DNA of 64,000 nucleotides from Candidatus Bathyarchaeota archaeon (lineage in GTDB: Archaea > Thermoproteota > Bathyarchaeia > Bathyarchaeales > Bathycorpusculaceae), in contig CAWEPZ010000013.1 of the NCBI GenBank assembly GCA_963811105.1, positions 96,001 through 160,000 of the forward strand. Reading direction: 5' to 3'. The notes beneath the pieces are model-generated. The model searched no databases, was not told the DNA's origin, and saw only the letters and a program-made list of their open reading frames with translations. Made by a program: the position numbers and the translations under genes. Positions 10,264-21,300 of the stretch are shown here, piece by piece. Numbering within the stretch: position 1 is the stretch's first letter; every line of letters begins with the position of its first letter.

Positions 10264-10704
10264 TTAGCCAAGTTTCTTTGAGTTACTTTCCGAGCAGTGT
10301 GGATTGAAGCAATGAAGACACCCTTTAGGGTAGGTTGAACAGAGTTGTTTCTTTTTGAAACCCCATTTCTTTCTTAATTCGTCAGCTTGTGCCTCTTGTT
10401 CTATTTTGCTTTTTGTTTTTGTGTAGCTGAGGTAGGCGTGGGCGATTTCGTGTGCTATTAGGGATTCTGAATCAGTTCGTTTCAGAATTATCATGTAGGG
10501 TTTTTTGATTTCGTCAACTTGTATAGTTTGACTTTGACCTGCTTGGAAAGAGATTTTCTGTAATGTAAATTGATAAACTTCTTCGGGCAGTCTGGCGAGA
10601 GTATTGAGTAGTCTTCCGTGGAGGTTTTGCCATCTTTGAGCAAGACGAATGAATTCAGCTATATCACTGTTGGAATCTATTATTGACCTGTCTCTTCTTT
10701 TCAT
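10264..10704 (-). CDS. Small zincin-like metallopeptidase (ImmA/IrrE-like) with C-terminal Cys cluster
   Basis: IAHEIAH (HExxH), downstream EAQAD third-ligand motif, C-terminal C-x5-CxxC-x4-C. Confidence 0.7.
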   Translation of the reverse strand: MKRRDRSIIDSNSDIAEFIRLAQRWQNLHGRLLNTLARLPEEVYQFTLQKISFQAGQSQTIQVDEIKKPYMIILKRTDSESLIAHEIAHAYLSYTKTKSKIEQEAQADELRKKWGFKKKQLCSTYPKGCLHCFNPHCSESNSKKLG

Positions 10705-10873
10705 ACTTAATCTCTATGTTTCTTTCTGGGATGCTCTATTTACTTAGATATTTCTATGAATGTATTGTTAAGATTATTACTTGACCAATGGAAAATTTTG
10801 GAACTAATTGTTTAGAGTGCACAGCATATTTTTTATTGTTGCATATTTGTAACCACAATTCTTTAAGTACTTT

Positions 10874-11143
10874 ATGAAGCAAATATTAAGTAAATGGTTA
10901 ATTAGGATGGATTTTGCTCAAGCAGTAGAGTTTTCAAAGAAATTTCCCGCTTGTCGTCCAAAAATATACAAAGGATTCGTTGAGTGGGGTATTTGTGACA
11001 CTGAAACAGAGGGCTATGTAGTTCTGGCTGACTCAGCTTCGGCTAAGAAATCTTGTTTAAATGAGTTAAACGATTATGTTAAGACCCACAAATTAAGAAT
11101 AGATCAAGGCAAGAATTATTTGATGATTTACACGCTTTGCTAA
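10874..11143 (+). CDS. Hypothetical protein
   Basis: 89-aa ORF with normal composition; the start may be the second Met (MDFAQAVE). Confidence 0.6.
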   Translation: MKQILSKWLIRMDFAQAVEFSKKFPACRPKIYKGFVEWGICDTETEGYVVLADSASAKKSCLNELNDYVKTHKLRIDQGKNYLMIYTLC

Positions 11144-11269
11144 GGACTTACAAAGATATTAATTTTAATAAATTGGAACATGAGAGCTTTGAGTTGATTT
11201 TTAAAAATAGAACCAGAGGTAACTACAATTTAAAAGCCAAGTTTCCGGTCATCGTCAAAACTAGGAAAA

Positions 11270-11870
11270 AAGAAAAAATTTTGTTGTTTCTATTGGGCTT
11301 TGCTCTGAATTGGAGTTTGTGCTCGTTTTTTTTCTTTTTTCGTCTGCGGGCTGCCACCAAGAGTAATGCAAGCAGTAGTAAAGCAAACAGGATGAGCGCT
11401 GATTCGCCTATAGTGTATAAGCTTGTTGATGGAATCGTCCAGGTGACTGTCTAGGTAACGGGGTTATTCATGGTTACCGACTGGAGTGTTCCGGCGTCCG
11501 TGTATGCGCCTTTACCGGTTCCGTTCCATTTGAGGAATTCGACTTGGTTGCCGTTGTAGTCAGTGGCGGATGGGTTACTGTAAACTTTGCTGTTGGACCT
11601 GAATTGTACCATCCAGTGCCAGCTGTGTATCCGCAGTCCGAGATAACGTTGAGGTAGTATTGTTCTTGCCAGTTGAATATAATTGTGTGAGCCGATTAGA
11701 CGTTGGTGAATGTGTAGCTTGTGCATGAAGTGTGGTGCTGCGTTATCGACGGAGTAGCCAGTGGATTTCCATCTGTGGGTTTCGTCACCATTGTGGTTAG
11801 TTACTGTGGCTGTGAAACTTGCGCTTGCCGTAACGTTTACTGCGGCAGCAGGTGAGCTGTGGGCGTTTAT
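11270..11870 (-). pseudogene. C-terminal remnant of a cell-surface protein (Ig-like repeat + TM anchor)
   Basis: KWNGTGKGAYT...VTMNNPVT*TVTWTIP...ALILFALLLLALLLVAARRRKKKK, with an in-frame TAG at 11451, frameshifts and no N-terminus. Confidence 0.6.
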
Positions 11871-11982
11871 TACATTTATCTTGAATATTGGTTCTGCAGA
11901 TTATGTTGTTGAGATATAAGATGAATTCCAGATAAACAAACCTTAAGTAGAAAATGAAGCATCTTCAAACGGTAGAACAAAA

Positions 11983-12537
11983 ATGGCAAAAGTGAATTCA
12001 ACAACCGAAACAGAACAACTTTTACTTAGCCTAGAAGATATGGTAGATGAAATGACTCATGAATCGCGCAAAAGCGACTTGTCATCAAAAGAAAACTCCG
12101 AGGAAGCAGGTGATGCTTCAACAGTGTTGTTAAATGAAAAGAATGCAAGGTCGCAAAAGTTTGATGGATTCTTAATTGAAGCTATTGATGAAGCATTAAT
12201 CTCGCTAGGGGAACCAGTTAAAAACACAGTATATTTCCAGTTAGAAAACAGCTTTGGCATCCCTAAAAATGAAATTCCTAAACGAATCGATGATTTTATC
12301 GTTATCATACACAAAATCTTTGGTTTAGGCGCAAGTCGTCTTGAACTTAGATTTATGAAAAATCTTTACGCCAAAATAAACATCACTGTAGAATTTGCTC
12401 ATTATGAAGGTCCCTTGTCTAAGTGGATTATTGAGGATGTATCTTTCATAGAATATGTTCAGAGAATGCGTGAAAACTATTGCAATTGCAATCAAAATTC
12501 TGAGACAACTACAAGACCCAAAAATGGTACCACATGA
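11983..12537 (+). CDS. NitrOD5/DUF3227-type output-domain protein
   Basis: LIEAIDEAL..LGEPVKNTVYFQLE..FGIPKNEIP..IDDF...IHKIFGLGA..LE pattern; paralogue at 38901. Confidence 0.75.
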   Translation: MAKVNSTTETEQLLLSLEDMVDEMTHESRKSDLSSKENSEEAGDASTVLLNEKNARSQKFDGFLIEAIDEALISLGEPVKNTVYFQLENSFGIPKNEIPKRIDDFIVIIHKIFGLGASRLELRFMKNLYAKINITVEFAHYEGPLSKWIIEDVSFIEYVQRMRENYCNCNQNSETTTRPKNGTT

Positions 12538-12597
12538 TAGGAGTTATTTGATAACAAATTGATGTTTTGGTTTGCAAGAATTGAGAGGTGAAAAAGA

Positions 12598-13035
12598 TTG
12601 GAAAAAAATGCTAGAATCATAATAGTTGATGACGACGAAACCATAAGGAAAACTATGAAAGCAATACTCGAGGATGAAGAATATATTGTAGATTTGGCGG
12701 CTACTGGAAAAGAAGCCATCGAAATGACTCAGAAAACAGTCTATAACGTTGCCCTATTGGACATTCGATTGCCTGATATGGAAGGTATAGAATTGCTGAA
12801 CCGGATTAAGGATTACGTCCCGAGGACACGAAAAATAATGGTGACAGGATACCCATCAATGGGAAACGCAATTTCAGCCCTAAATAAGAATGCCGACGCA
12901 TACTTGGTCAAGCCAGTTGACGTTAAGAACTTGCTCGAGGTAGTAAAAAAGCAACTGCAATTACAGGAAGAAGAAAAGAATTTTAGTGAACTAAAAGTCG
13001 CAGAATTTATAGAAGCACGAGTCAATGCTATATAG
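12598..13035 (+). CDS. Stand-alone response regulator receiver protein
   Basis: IIVDDD, LLDIRLPDMEG, MVTGY, YLVKP motifs. Confidence 0.92.
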   Translation: MEKNARIIIVDDDETIRKTMKAILEDEEYIVDLAATGKEAIEMTQKTVYNVALLDIRLPDMEGIELLNRIKDYVPRTRKIMVTGYPSMGNAISALNKNADAYLVKPVDVKNLLEVVKKQLQLQEEEKNFSELKVAEFIEARVNAI

Positions 13036-13322
13036 GAAACTCAGAATACCATAAATAGCAATTTTTTTATTTCTATTTTTATCAAGAAAAGATAGTTTGA
13101 TTAATCAATTGGAATTTTGTACGATGAGCTACTCCAAATATCTTGAATGCGAATAGGCATTCAGGATCTATGTTTGATCGAATTTCCCAAAATTGTTGTC
13201 CTAATAATCTTACTTATGCAATTATGCCAAAATTGACTGAAAAGAAGCCTTGCCGTCACATCAAAACCAAAGATAGGACCCTCTTGTAAATTTTTCTAAT
13301 AAGAAGACAAGATGTGGTGGTG

Positions 13323-14513
13323 TTATTTCTTTCTTATCCCAGTTAATTTATTTATGAATGAATTTTTTGACTTGTTTTCAGGTTTCTTGTTTTTAACTTC
13401 GTACTCAATTAATTTCATTTCAATTCGTGAATCAATTTGCTGTATTATGTTGTCGATACTTTCTTTTTCATCTGCAGAACCTTCTATCAAAAGAATCTCA
13501 TGACCTTGCACAATTTTTTTGGCAGTTTCACTTAGCTTAGGCATTGCGACAAAAACTGGAATATCAACTTTCACTTCGGATGTTTTATAGATGTACAGTA
13601 TAACCGGTGACGCTTGAACCTCTGATTCGCTTATTGCATGATCAAGAGCTATATTTATTTCGTACCCTTTGACTTGTTTTTTAGCCATTAGACTGAAATG
13701 ATGAGTCATTCCGCTCTTTTGTCCAGTTGCTAATCCGGGTATTTCAACTTCAAATCCCATGCTAACCAAGAGTGCCCTAATATTTTCTAAGCTTGCTACG
13801 TTTTGTCTTATTTCCTTTTTTCTCTTCAAGTTCAATGAAAACTTTGGTATTTCTCCCACTTGTGCCTCCTTTATCGTGAAGTTTTTGTTGCAGTTTCGAC
13901 AAATTAGGTCATATTCGGGGTTCTCGAATTTTTCGCCGCATTCCTGGCATACGTACCAGCGACCCATGTTTCTGAATTGCCCTTCAAGAAGGGGTTGTTC
14001 GCATTTTGGACATCGATTTTGTAAGTATTTATTTCTTTGGTCGATGTATCCACATGGAATATGTTCAGTTAAGCTTGTTTTTTCGACATTGTGGCTTTTA
14101 CATTTTGGGCATCGATTATGCAATGTCAGGTTTGTTGATTCGCAATTTGGGCAGGTCGATACTGAATCAAAGAATCTTTTTTGAAGTATGTCTAATTGTA
14201 CAAGGTTTTCTAAACATTCTCTTGAGAGCTGATTTACTTCGTTTTTATTTGAAGCATTTCCAGTTATTTGGTAAACAAATCCTATTCCTGGAGTGTAGAT
14301 GGGAATTATTTCTTCTTCATCTCCATCTTGTAATAGTTTTCTAAGGAGGTCGCGTGTTTCAGGTTCAATATATGCCTCTCGTCGTTCCAATTCTACTTTG
14401 TCTTCGGCATCAAATGCTTTGATTGTGACTTTGTTTTTATCTGAAATAATATTTGCTTTTATTTGCTCCGCTGTTCTTTTCATAACTGTTTCTTGTTCTT
14501 GGTTTTTGTTCAT
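13323..14513 (-). CDS. TackOD1-domain multi-zinc-ribbon protein
   Basis: Series CPNC, CPKC, HIPCG, CPKC, CQEC, CRNC followed by a C-terminal GxSGxxHxF restriction-endonuclease-like segment. Confidence 0.8.
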   Translation of the reverse strand: MNKNQEQETVMKRTAEQIKANIISDKNKVTIKAFDAEDKVELERREAYIEPETRDLLRKLLQDGDEEEIIPIYTPGIGFVYQITGNASNKNEVNQLSRECLENLVQLDILQKRFFDSVSTCPNCESTNLTLHNRCPKCKSHNVEKTSLTEHIPCGYIDQRNKYLQNRCPKCEQPLLEGQFRNMGRWYVCQECGEKFENPEYDLICRNCNKNFTIKEAQVGEIPKFSLNLKRKKEIRQNVASLENIRALLVSMGFEVEIPGLATGQKSGMTHHFSLMAKKQVKGYEINIALDHAISESEVQASPVILYIYKTSEVKVDIPVFVAMPKLSETAKKIVQGHEILLIEGSADEKESIDNIIQQIDSRIEMKLIEYEVKNKKPENKSKNSFINKLTGIRKK

Positions 14514-14572
14514 TGGTTTTTGCGACTTTCCTTTTCAAGGATGGTTTCTAATTTTTCTTTATATTGGTTCGT

Positions 14573-15397
14573 TTAACGGAGGAACAAATAGAAAGCTAAT
14601 CCAGAAGAAATAGCTAGAATAGCTACGTATTTTAGTCCGTCAATGAATGAATCTTCGTTGATTTTTCCTGCGATTAATCCTCCGAAGAGTGCTTCCAGTA
14701 AAGAGGCGTGCAGAAATAATCGACGTGATGCGTCTTGTGTTATTATTGGCTTAATAAAAGAAGCGGTTGTTCCTGATTGGCTAAGGGGAGTGAACATCAT
14801 ATTCGAAATTATAATGATTATGAATAAGAATATGAAAACTGAGAAGAAGAATATTAGAACATAAGGTTGCGTTTGCTGTCTCCGTTTTTGAGACCAGGAA
14901 TTGATGTTTTCAAGGAATTTTGCGGTTGAGTCAAATATGTCTGATAGGTCCCCTCCATGTTTTCCTGCTTCATTTATCAAAACGGTTGCTTTCTTTATGA
15001 GAGGTATATCTACTCTGTCACTTAATTCTATTAGGGCTGCATCGAAGTTCATGCCCCAACTCATGTGCGCTACTAATATTTTCAGTTCATGTGTTAATGG
15101 ACCGTAGAGACGCTTGGAAGCATGTTCTAAAGCTACTTGCAAGGGTATTCCAGTTCTTGACGCCGTAGCTAAGTCCCTAAGAAATTCAGGGGTTGCCCTT
15201 TCAATTTTTGTTCTCCATCTACCGTGTATCATGCTTGTAATGGCTGGAGGTATGACACCTATTGCTAGAGCGATTACCAGCATATAATCTAGTGTTGGGG
15301 ACAAAAGGTAGAAAAATGAAGCAGCAATGAAAAATATTACGGCTGCAGCTACAGAAATGATGGATATTCGTTTTATTGTTTTTTTGACTATTCTCAT
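14573..15397 (-). CDS. Type IV pilus platform protein (T2SS-F/PilC/TadC family)
   Basis: PEFLRDLA..SRTGIPL..AL, YGPLT.EL and GGDL motifs with several TM helices; downstream of the pilus ATPase. Confidence 0.88.
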   Translation of the reverse strand: MRIVKKTIKRISIISVAAAVIFFIAASFFYLLSPTLDYMLVIALAIGVIPPAITSMIHGRWRTKIERATPEFLRDLATASRTGIPLQVALEHASKRLYGPLTHELKILVAHMSWGMNFDAALIELSDRVDIPLIKKATVLINEAGKHGGDLSDIFDSTAKFLENINSWSQKRRQQTQPYVLIFFFSVFIFLFIIIIISNMMFTPLSQSGTTASFIKPIITQDASRRLFLHASLLEALFGGLIAGKINEDSFIDGLKYVAILAISSGLAFYLFLR

Positions 15398-15404
15398 TTA
15401 ACTC

Positions 15405-16286
15405 TCACTTTTCAAATGTTGACATTATAACCATCATTATTGCACCCATGATGGGTATTCCAAGGTAGGTTAGTAAGTAAAGAACTAGGGACATGCTCAT
15501 GCCGCCAAATGAACCGCTTCCAATCATGCCTAACGTAACAAAAAGAACGATGAAAAGTAGTGGGGCAGCGACTAACATCATGATGTATATTTCTGCCATT
15601 GCTGAAAGTGATTCTAGCATCATGTCTAGTTTGCTTAATCGGTCTTTTGTTACTGTCTCTGTTGTAATTTTCAGGTATTCTGTGGGGTTTCCACCTGTTC
15701 TGACTGTCGCCACGTAACCTTCGAGGATTTCACCGAGTTGCGCATTGGGTGTTAGTTTGGCGTTTTCGACGATCGAGGTCATGAGGTCATTGCCAAAAAT
15801 GCTTATGTCTCGTATAATGTTGCTAAATTCTAATCGGACTTCTTTGAGGGAATCGATTTTGGCCATCGATTCGAAAATAATGCTCGGGGGAACATTTGAA
15901 CTTGAGAGAAGAGTAAGAAAGTTAGTAATATAGGGCAAGTTCTTATTTATTGGTCCGTTTCTGTTGCTTGCTTTCATTCCGGGATAGATGTACATTACTA
16001 ATAACGTTATTAGCGCTGCTGATACTGCGGTGACTAATGTGAATGCGAAGTTCATTGCTGACAGGTACGGAATGCCGGTTAAAAGCGGTATGAGGATAAA
16101 TGAAAGGGGGATTGCGGCTGCAAAAACAACTATCGACATCAGTACCATGAAGGCGATGTATGCTTTGAATGCTATTAGCACGCCGCCTTTTTTGAGTTGA
16201 ATATGGATTTCTTGAAATTTCGGGTATACTCTTTCTAACTTCTTGTTTAGTAGGTTGTATGCTGTTGCCCAGGGTTGAAATTTCAT
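15405..16286 (-). CDS. Type IV pilus platform protein (T2SS-F/PilC/TadB-C family)
   Basis: LPYITNFL.LLSSS.VPP, FG.DL and TGG motifs with TM helices; 2 nt from the ATPase stop. Confidence 0.88.
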   Translation of the reverse strand: MKFQPWATAYNLLNKKLERVYPKFQEIHIQLKKGGVLIAFKAYIAFMVLMSIVVFAAAIPLSFILIPLLTGIPYLSAMNFAFTLVTAVSAALITLLVMYIYPGMKASNRNGPINKNLPYITNFLTLLSSSNVPPSIIFESMAKIDSLKEVRLEFSNIIRDISIFGNDLMTSIVENAKLTPNAQLGEILEGYVATVRTGGNPTEYLKITTETVTKDRLSKLDMMLESLSAMAEIYIMMLVAAPLLFIVLFVTLGMIGSGSFGGMSMSLVLYLLTYLGIPIMGAIMMVIMSTFEK

Positions 16287-16288
16287 TC

Positions 16289-17920
16289 TTAGCTCACTTT
16301 TGCTTTTCGGTATATCTGTTGTGGGTCTGAGAAGTAATCTAACACTAATTTGGAGACTTCTTCGTATGAGCGGAGGTGTTTTCTAACCATGTATTCGAGA
16401 ATTGTTTGTCTCATTTGTAGTTCTTGATCTATTTCTTCTTGGGAGTATCCCCATTGGGTTGCTATTCTGTCTAGTAACGGGCTTCTTCCTATCTTGATGT
16501 AGATGTCTTTTTCGACGTCCCATCTGAATATGTCTTGAATTTTGAAGTCGTTTTTTTCTCTGTCCCAACCGACCATTTCTGATACGCTTATTGTTCTTCT
16601 TAAGGAGACGTTGTTTACGACTAGTCTTCGGACGATTGAGATTGCGTTTAGGTTTTCAACTTGTGTTTGAGGGATGTTCATAGGTTTTGTTGTTAATCTG
16701 TGCAGGACACCTTGTACGTGTTCTGCGTGTATGGTTGTTAAGCCTAGGTGTCCGGTTGCCATGGCTTGGAATAGTGCGTATGCTTCTTCGCCACGTATTT
16801 CTCCAACGATGATGAAGTCTGGTCTTTGTCTTAGGGCGGCTCTTAGGAGGTCGAACATGCTGATGCTGCCAATTCCGGCTTCGCCTACTGCTCCTGCGCC
16901 TGTGCCTAATCCTTGTCTTGTGACCATCATTTCCCAGTTTTGATGGGGTAAGCGTATTTCTTGTGTGTCTTCTATGCTGACAATTTTTAGGGTTGGTCTA
17001 ATGAATAGGCTGATGGCGTTGAGCATTGAAGTTTTTCCTCCACCGATGTCGCCGCCGATCATAACTGAGTGCCTGTTTTCTATTAAAAACCAGTAATAAG
17101 CTGCGATTTCGGGTGAGAGAGCCTTGTATATTATTAAGTCGATGATAGTGAGAGGGGTCTTTTTGAATTTTCTGATTGTGAAGGTGCTGCCTTTGGGTGT
17201 CACTTCTGTTCCATATGTTACTTGGGCTCTGCTGCCATCTGATAGTGTTCCGTCGAGGATTGGTTGTGCGATGGATATATGTCTGCCACAAAGGTAGGCA
17301 AGTTTGAAAACGAAGTTTTCTAGTTCCTGCTCAGTTTCGAATATTACGTTTGAAGGTATGGATTCGTATTTTCTGTGCCAAACAAATATTGGCGAGTTAG
17401 TGCCATCGCAAGAGACATCCTCAATGTTTTCGTCTTTCATTATGCCATCTATTTTTCCAAACCCTAAGAAATCTCGGGTAATATAATATTGATATTTGCT
17501 AAGTGTGTTGGCATCTACATTTATGCGGTATTTTATTGCCGTATTCAAAATTTTGTATTTTAAGAATTCTTCTGCTTCAACTCCGTTTTTAAAAGTTTTT
17601 GTGTTAATTGAAAGCTCATCCCAGAGAATATTTTTTAGCTCACCTAGCAATTGTTTATCCAATTCTGTTAATGTTGGCTCAAGAAGAGAATATTTTAATT
17701 CTTTTTTTTCGTCTTCAACAATTGCGGCATATGAGAATGGAAGTAAAAGAGGATAATGTTCTTTGTATGTTTCAGAAATATCTGAACCCACCGCAGTGTC
17801 AATGTGAGCTTCCACAGCAGGACCAGGCATAGTCTCATCTATGACAGAAGCATTCTCCGTTGGTAATTGTGATAGCTTGGATTTTTTTTCGCGTTTCCAC
17901 ATCTTCAATTTAGCAGCCAC
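16289..17920 (-). CDS. Type IV pilus assembly ATPase (archaeal PilB/ArlI, VirB11 family)
   Basis: Walker A GDIGGGKTS, Asp box SIEDTQE, Walker B LRQRPDFIIVGEIRG, His box TGH...TTIHA. Confidence 0.93.
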   Translation of the reverse strand: MAAKLKMWKREKKSKLSQLPTENASVIDETMPGPAVEAHIDTAVGSDISETYKEHYPLLLPFSYAAIVEDEKKELKYSLLEPTLTELDKQLLGELKNILWDELSINTKTFKNGVEAEEFLKYKILNTAIKYRINVDANTLSKYQYYITRDFLGFGKIDGIMKDENIEDVSCDGTNSPIFVWHRKYESIPSNVIFETEQELENFVFKLAYLCGRHISIAQPILDGTLSDGSRAQVTYGTEVTPKGSTFTIRKFKKTPLTIIDLIIYKALSPEIAAYYWFLIENRHSVMIGGDIGGGKTSMLNAISLFIRPTLKIVSIEDTQEIRLPHQNWEMMVTRQGLGTGAGAVGEAGIGSISMFDLLRAALRQRPDFIIVGEIRGEEAYALFQAMATGHLGLTTIHAEHVQGVLHRLTTKPMNIPQTQVENLNAISIVRRLVVNNVSLRRTISVSEMVGWDREKNDFKIQDIFRWDVEKDIYIKIGRSPLLDRIATQWGYSQEEIDQELQMRQTILEYMVRKHLRSYEEVSKLVLDYFSDPQQIYRKAKVS

Positions 17921-18328
17921 ATCTTTAATTCCTTAAGAGTCAATATAAACCATGTTAACTCCAAATTCACTATTATCAGGAGGCACACTATTGATTTTTA
18001 TTCTCCTTCCAAGAGTCAGTAAAGAAGCCAAAGAGTGAAATCTTCAGAAAAATCGAAATAAGAGCTGCAAACGTTTATTTCATATTGACAGGAGAAAAAT
18101 GCTGCGAAGCAAGCCTCAAATCGGCACTAGTAAGAAAAACGAAATGTATTGTTAGATTTGATTCAGGTTCTTTTTTGTTATTAGCCTACATACGTAATAA
18201 CACTTTTTCTGAGCGAAATCAACCGAGGCATTTCTTGTGTTGCATGTGATATAAAAGATGATGCTTGTATGCATTCTGTAAAAACGATATTACAAAAAAG
18301 AAAGCTAATGCTTATGAAGTTCGTGCTA

Positions 18329-21300
18329 TTATGGTGCTACCAAACAGACCGAGTCAATTTGCCAAGTTGATTGAACGATGTCGTTGGTTGTTGTGCCATC
18401 GGTGAATCTAAGCTCGTAGGTAGAGCTTGTAAGAGTAACAGAGAATGTATTTAGACTACTGGCAGTTAATATACCCAGATTAGCCCAGATAGCTCCATTC
18501 CAATAATTGACTGTTATGGTTTCTGAGGGGCTGCTAAATGTGCCTGTTTGTATCTGAAGCTGAGTGTAGGATGCAAAGTTACTTACACTTGAGAATTGAA
18601 CCTCTGAGTCGAGTTGGTAGTTTCCTCTGTTAACGGTAGCGTAGAATGCACGGTAGTTTACTGTACCGCTGGACGCGTCTGTTGGGTCTGATGGGGTGGT
18701 GTAGCTGTTTGTAACGTCAGATATGCTAATGCCACCACTTGATGCGACATAGTAGAGCCTAAACGTATTGCTTTGTGAGATTATCAAGATCTCATAAGTT
18801 GAACCCGCGGTAATTGTTGGGGGGGTAGTGAAGGTAGCTGTTCTAGACTGCTCAGTGGTGCTGCATGATACGGTATTGCTTATGCCGTTTGCTAAGATGT
18901 GCCCCGTGCTATCAGTTATTATTACTTTTACGTTGAATGTCCCAAATGATGTTCTGCCATAAAAAGTGACGCTTGCCACACTTATTGCGTTGGCGGGTGC
19001 TGTGAAAGCTTGTCCTGCTATATCGTCTATGGCTATTGCGGTGTACAATGTGCCTATGTTGGTAGTTGTTCCCATCGTAGTTGTCGTTGGAATAGTATTG
19101 GCTTCTGTTAATGTATTATAAACCCCGTCAGGTCCAGCCTGCATCGCTACTAGACTGCTGTAAGTTCCAACGTTAATGTCGTGGAGTGCGTTGGCTGTAT
19201 CAACGTAGTGTGGGGCGTACTTCACCGTCAAAGATGTCGTAGTAGTCTTGCCTGAATAAGCGGCTTGAATAGTATAGGTACCAGCAGTGTGCGAAGTGTA
19301 AACATTGCTCGACCATGAGCCACCGTCGCCGCCAGCTGGAATACTCCAAGTTGCCAAAGTACTGACAGCCCAAGTGTTACCATAGACGTCATAAGCAGTA
19401 GCTGTACCAGTCGCCGTAGCCGGAGCCACAACGGTAGTCGGACTCACAGAATCGGTTATGTGATCCACCGCCGAAGCATGAGCCACCGTAAACGAGTTAC
19501 TCGTACCAGTGTTGGTGCCATCAGTAGCCGTAATCGTAACGCTTGAACCAGCAAGAGAAACCGTAACTGAAGTCGACCCTACACCGCTAACGAAAGCATT
19601 CATAATGCCAGGATTAATTGACCCAGCAGAATACGTCAAAGACGGCATTCCAATGTAGCCTGTAACAGTGTTCCCAAATGCGTCTTGAGCAGTAACCGTT
19701 AAACTGAAAGCCGATCCACCAATCTGAGCTCCAACTGAATTAAAGATAAAGTGGTCTAGTGCTGCTGGATTCACAGTGATCCCAGTACTCACAGCTGACC
19801 TCGTGGCATCAGTCACAGTAATCGTTCGTGAACCCACAGTCTTAAGCGTAAACCCAGCGAAAACATGCACACCAAGATCTCCACTCAAAAACGTATACCT
19901 ACTACCCGAAGTATAAGGCAAAACAGCAACACCATCAGTCGACGTAAAGTAAACAGTACTAGTGAAGTCAGTCTTGATGTTACCATATATATCATTAGCC
20001 GTGACAACTACGCCGCCAAAGCTTGCACCCGCCGCCACCGAACTAGGATACCCAGTTACAGTGAAACTCGCAATCGCCGCAGGATTCACCGTGATCCCAG
20101 TCTGAGAACCAGTAATCAAACCAGTCGCCGTATCAGTAGCAGTAATCGACCGTGTAACAGTAGTCTTCAAAGTCACAGTAAACGAAGAAGTACCACTCGC
20201 CAACGCGTGATCAACCGGAAGCACAGCCGCACTATCACTAGACGTAATATGAACCGTTCCAACGTAACTCGTAACTGTATTTCCATACGGATCCTTAGCT
20301 GTAACCGTAACAGTGCCAGCAGTGCCAGCCACAACAGGATTAGTAAAACCAGAAACCACAAAGTGATCAACAGAAGCAAAACCTACAGCAATAGATCCAC
20401 TGAGAAGAGACACTGAACCATCAGTCACAGTAATAGTCTTAGAACCACCAGCAACAGTTTTCAAAGCAAACCCAGAGAACGTATGAACACCATTATCCAA
20501 CCCAGAACCAGAAGTAAACAGATACTTACCAACAGAAGTGAAAGGCAAAACAGCCGCACCATCAGTAGATGTAAAGTAAACTTGGCCAGTATAGTCAGTT
20601 TTAACATTATTGTTAGCATCATAAGCAGTAACCACAACGTTGCCAAACACTTGACCAGCAATAACTGAAGCAGGAAGACCAGCCATCGTGAAGTGGTGAA
20701 TAACACCAGGATTCACAGTGAACGCATTACTTGTACCAGACTTGACTGGAGCGCCTCCAGCAGTGCCGATAGTAACACTCGGGCCTGCCCCTGCCAATGT
20801 TACCGAAATTGTCTTAGTACCGCTAGCAAAGTTCCCTGTTGTAGTTGGATTAATTGTTCCAGTTGAAACCGTTAATCCATTTGAGCTTACATAAGAAGTA
20901 ACTGTATTTTCATATGCGTCTTTAGCAGTAATCGTAATGCTAAAGGCTGTACCTGCAACCTGAGAACCACTAATACTGTTAAATATGAAGTGCTCCAAGG
21001 TAGCAGGATTCACAACGATGGTAGTACTATTAGATTTAGTTCCATCAGTAACTGTGAGAATTTCAGAACCCGCCGTCTTTAGCGTAAAACCAGATCCAGC
21101 AAATGTGTGAACACCAACATCATTCGTCGTAAATGTGTACATGCTTGTAAAAGTGTTGGGCAAGAGAGCTTGACTATCTGAAGATGAGAAGTATACTTGG
21201 CCAACGTAGCCCTTAAGCACGTAGCTATCGGCGTCGTAAGCAATGACTACTAAGTTATTTGAAGCAAAATTCTGACCTGCGTTTGCGGAGGACGGATAAC

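Noticed and set aside
11451-11453. In-frame TAG (also 38544) and TGA (59924) as pyrrolysine/selenocysteine recoding
   Set aside because: Each sits in a gene that also has frameshifts, the stops are one substitution from plausible sense codons, and no pyl/sel genes are in the window.
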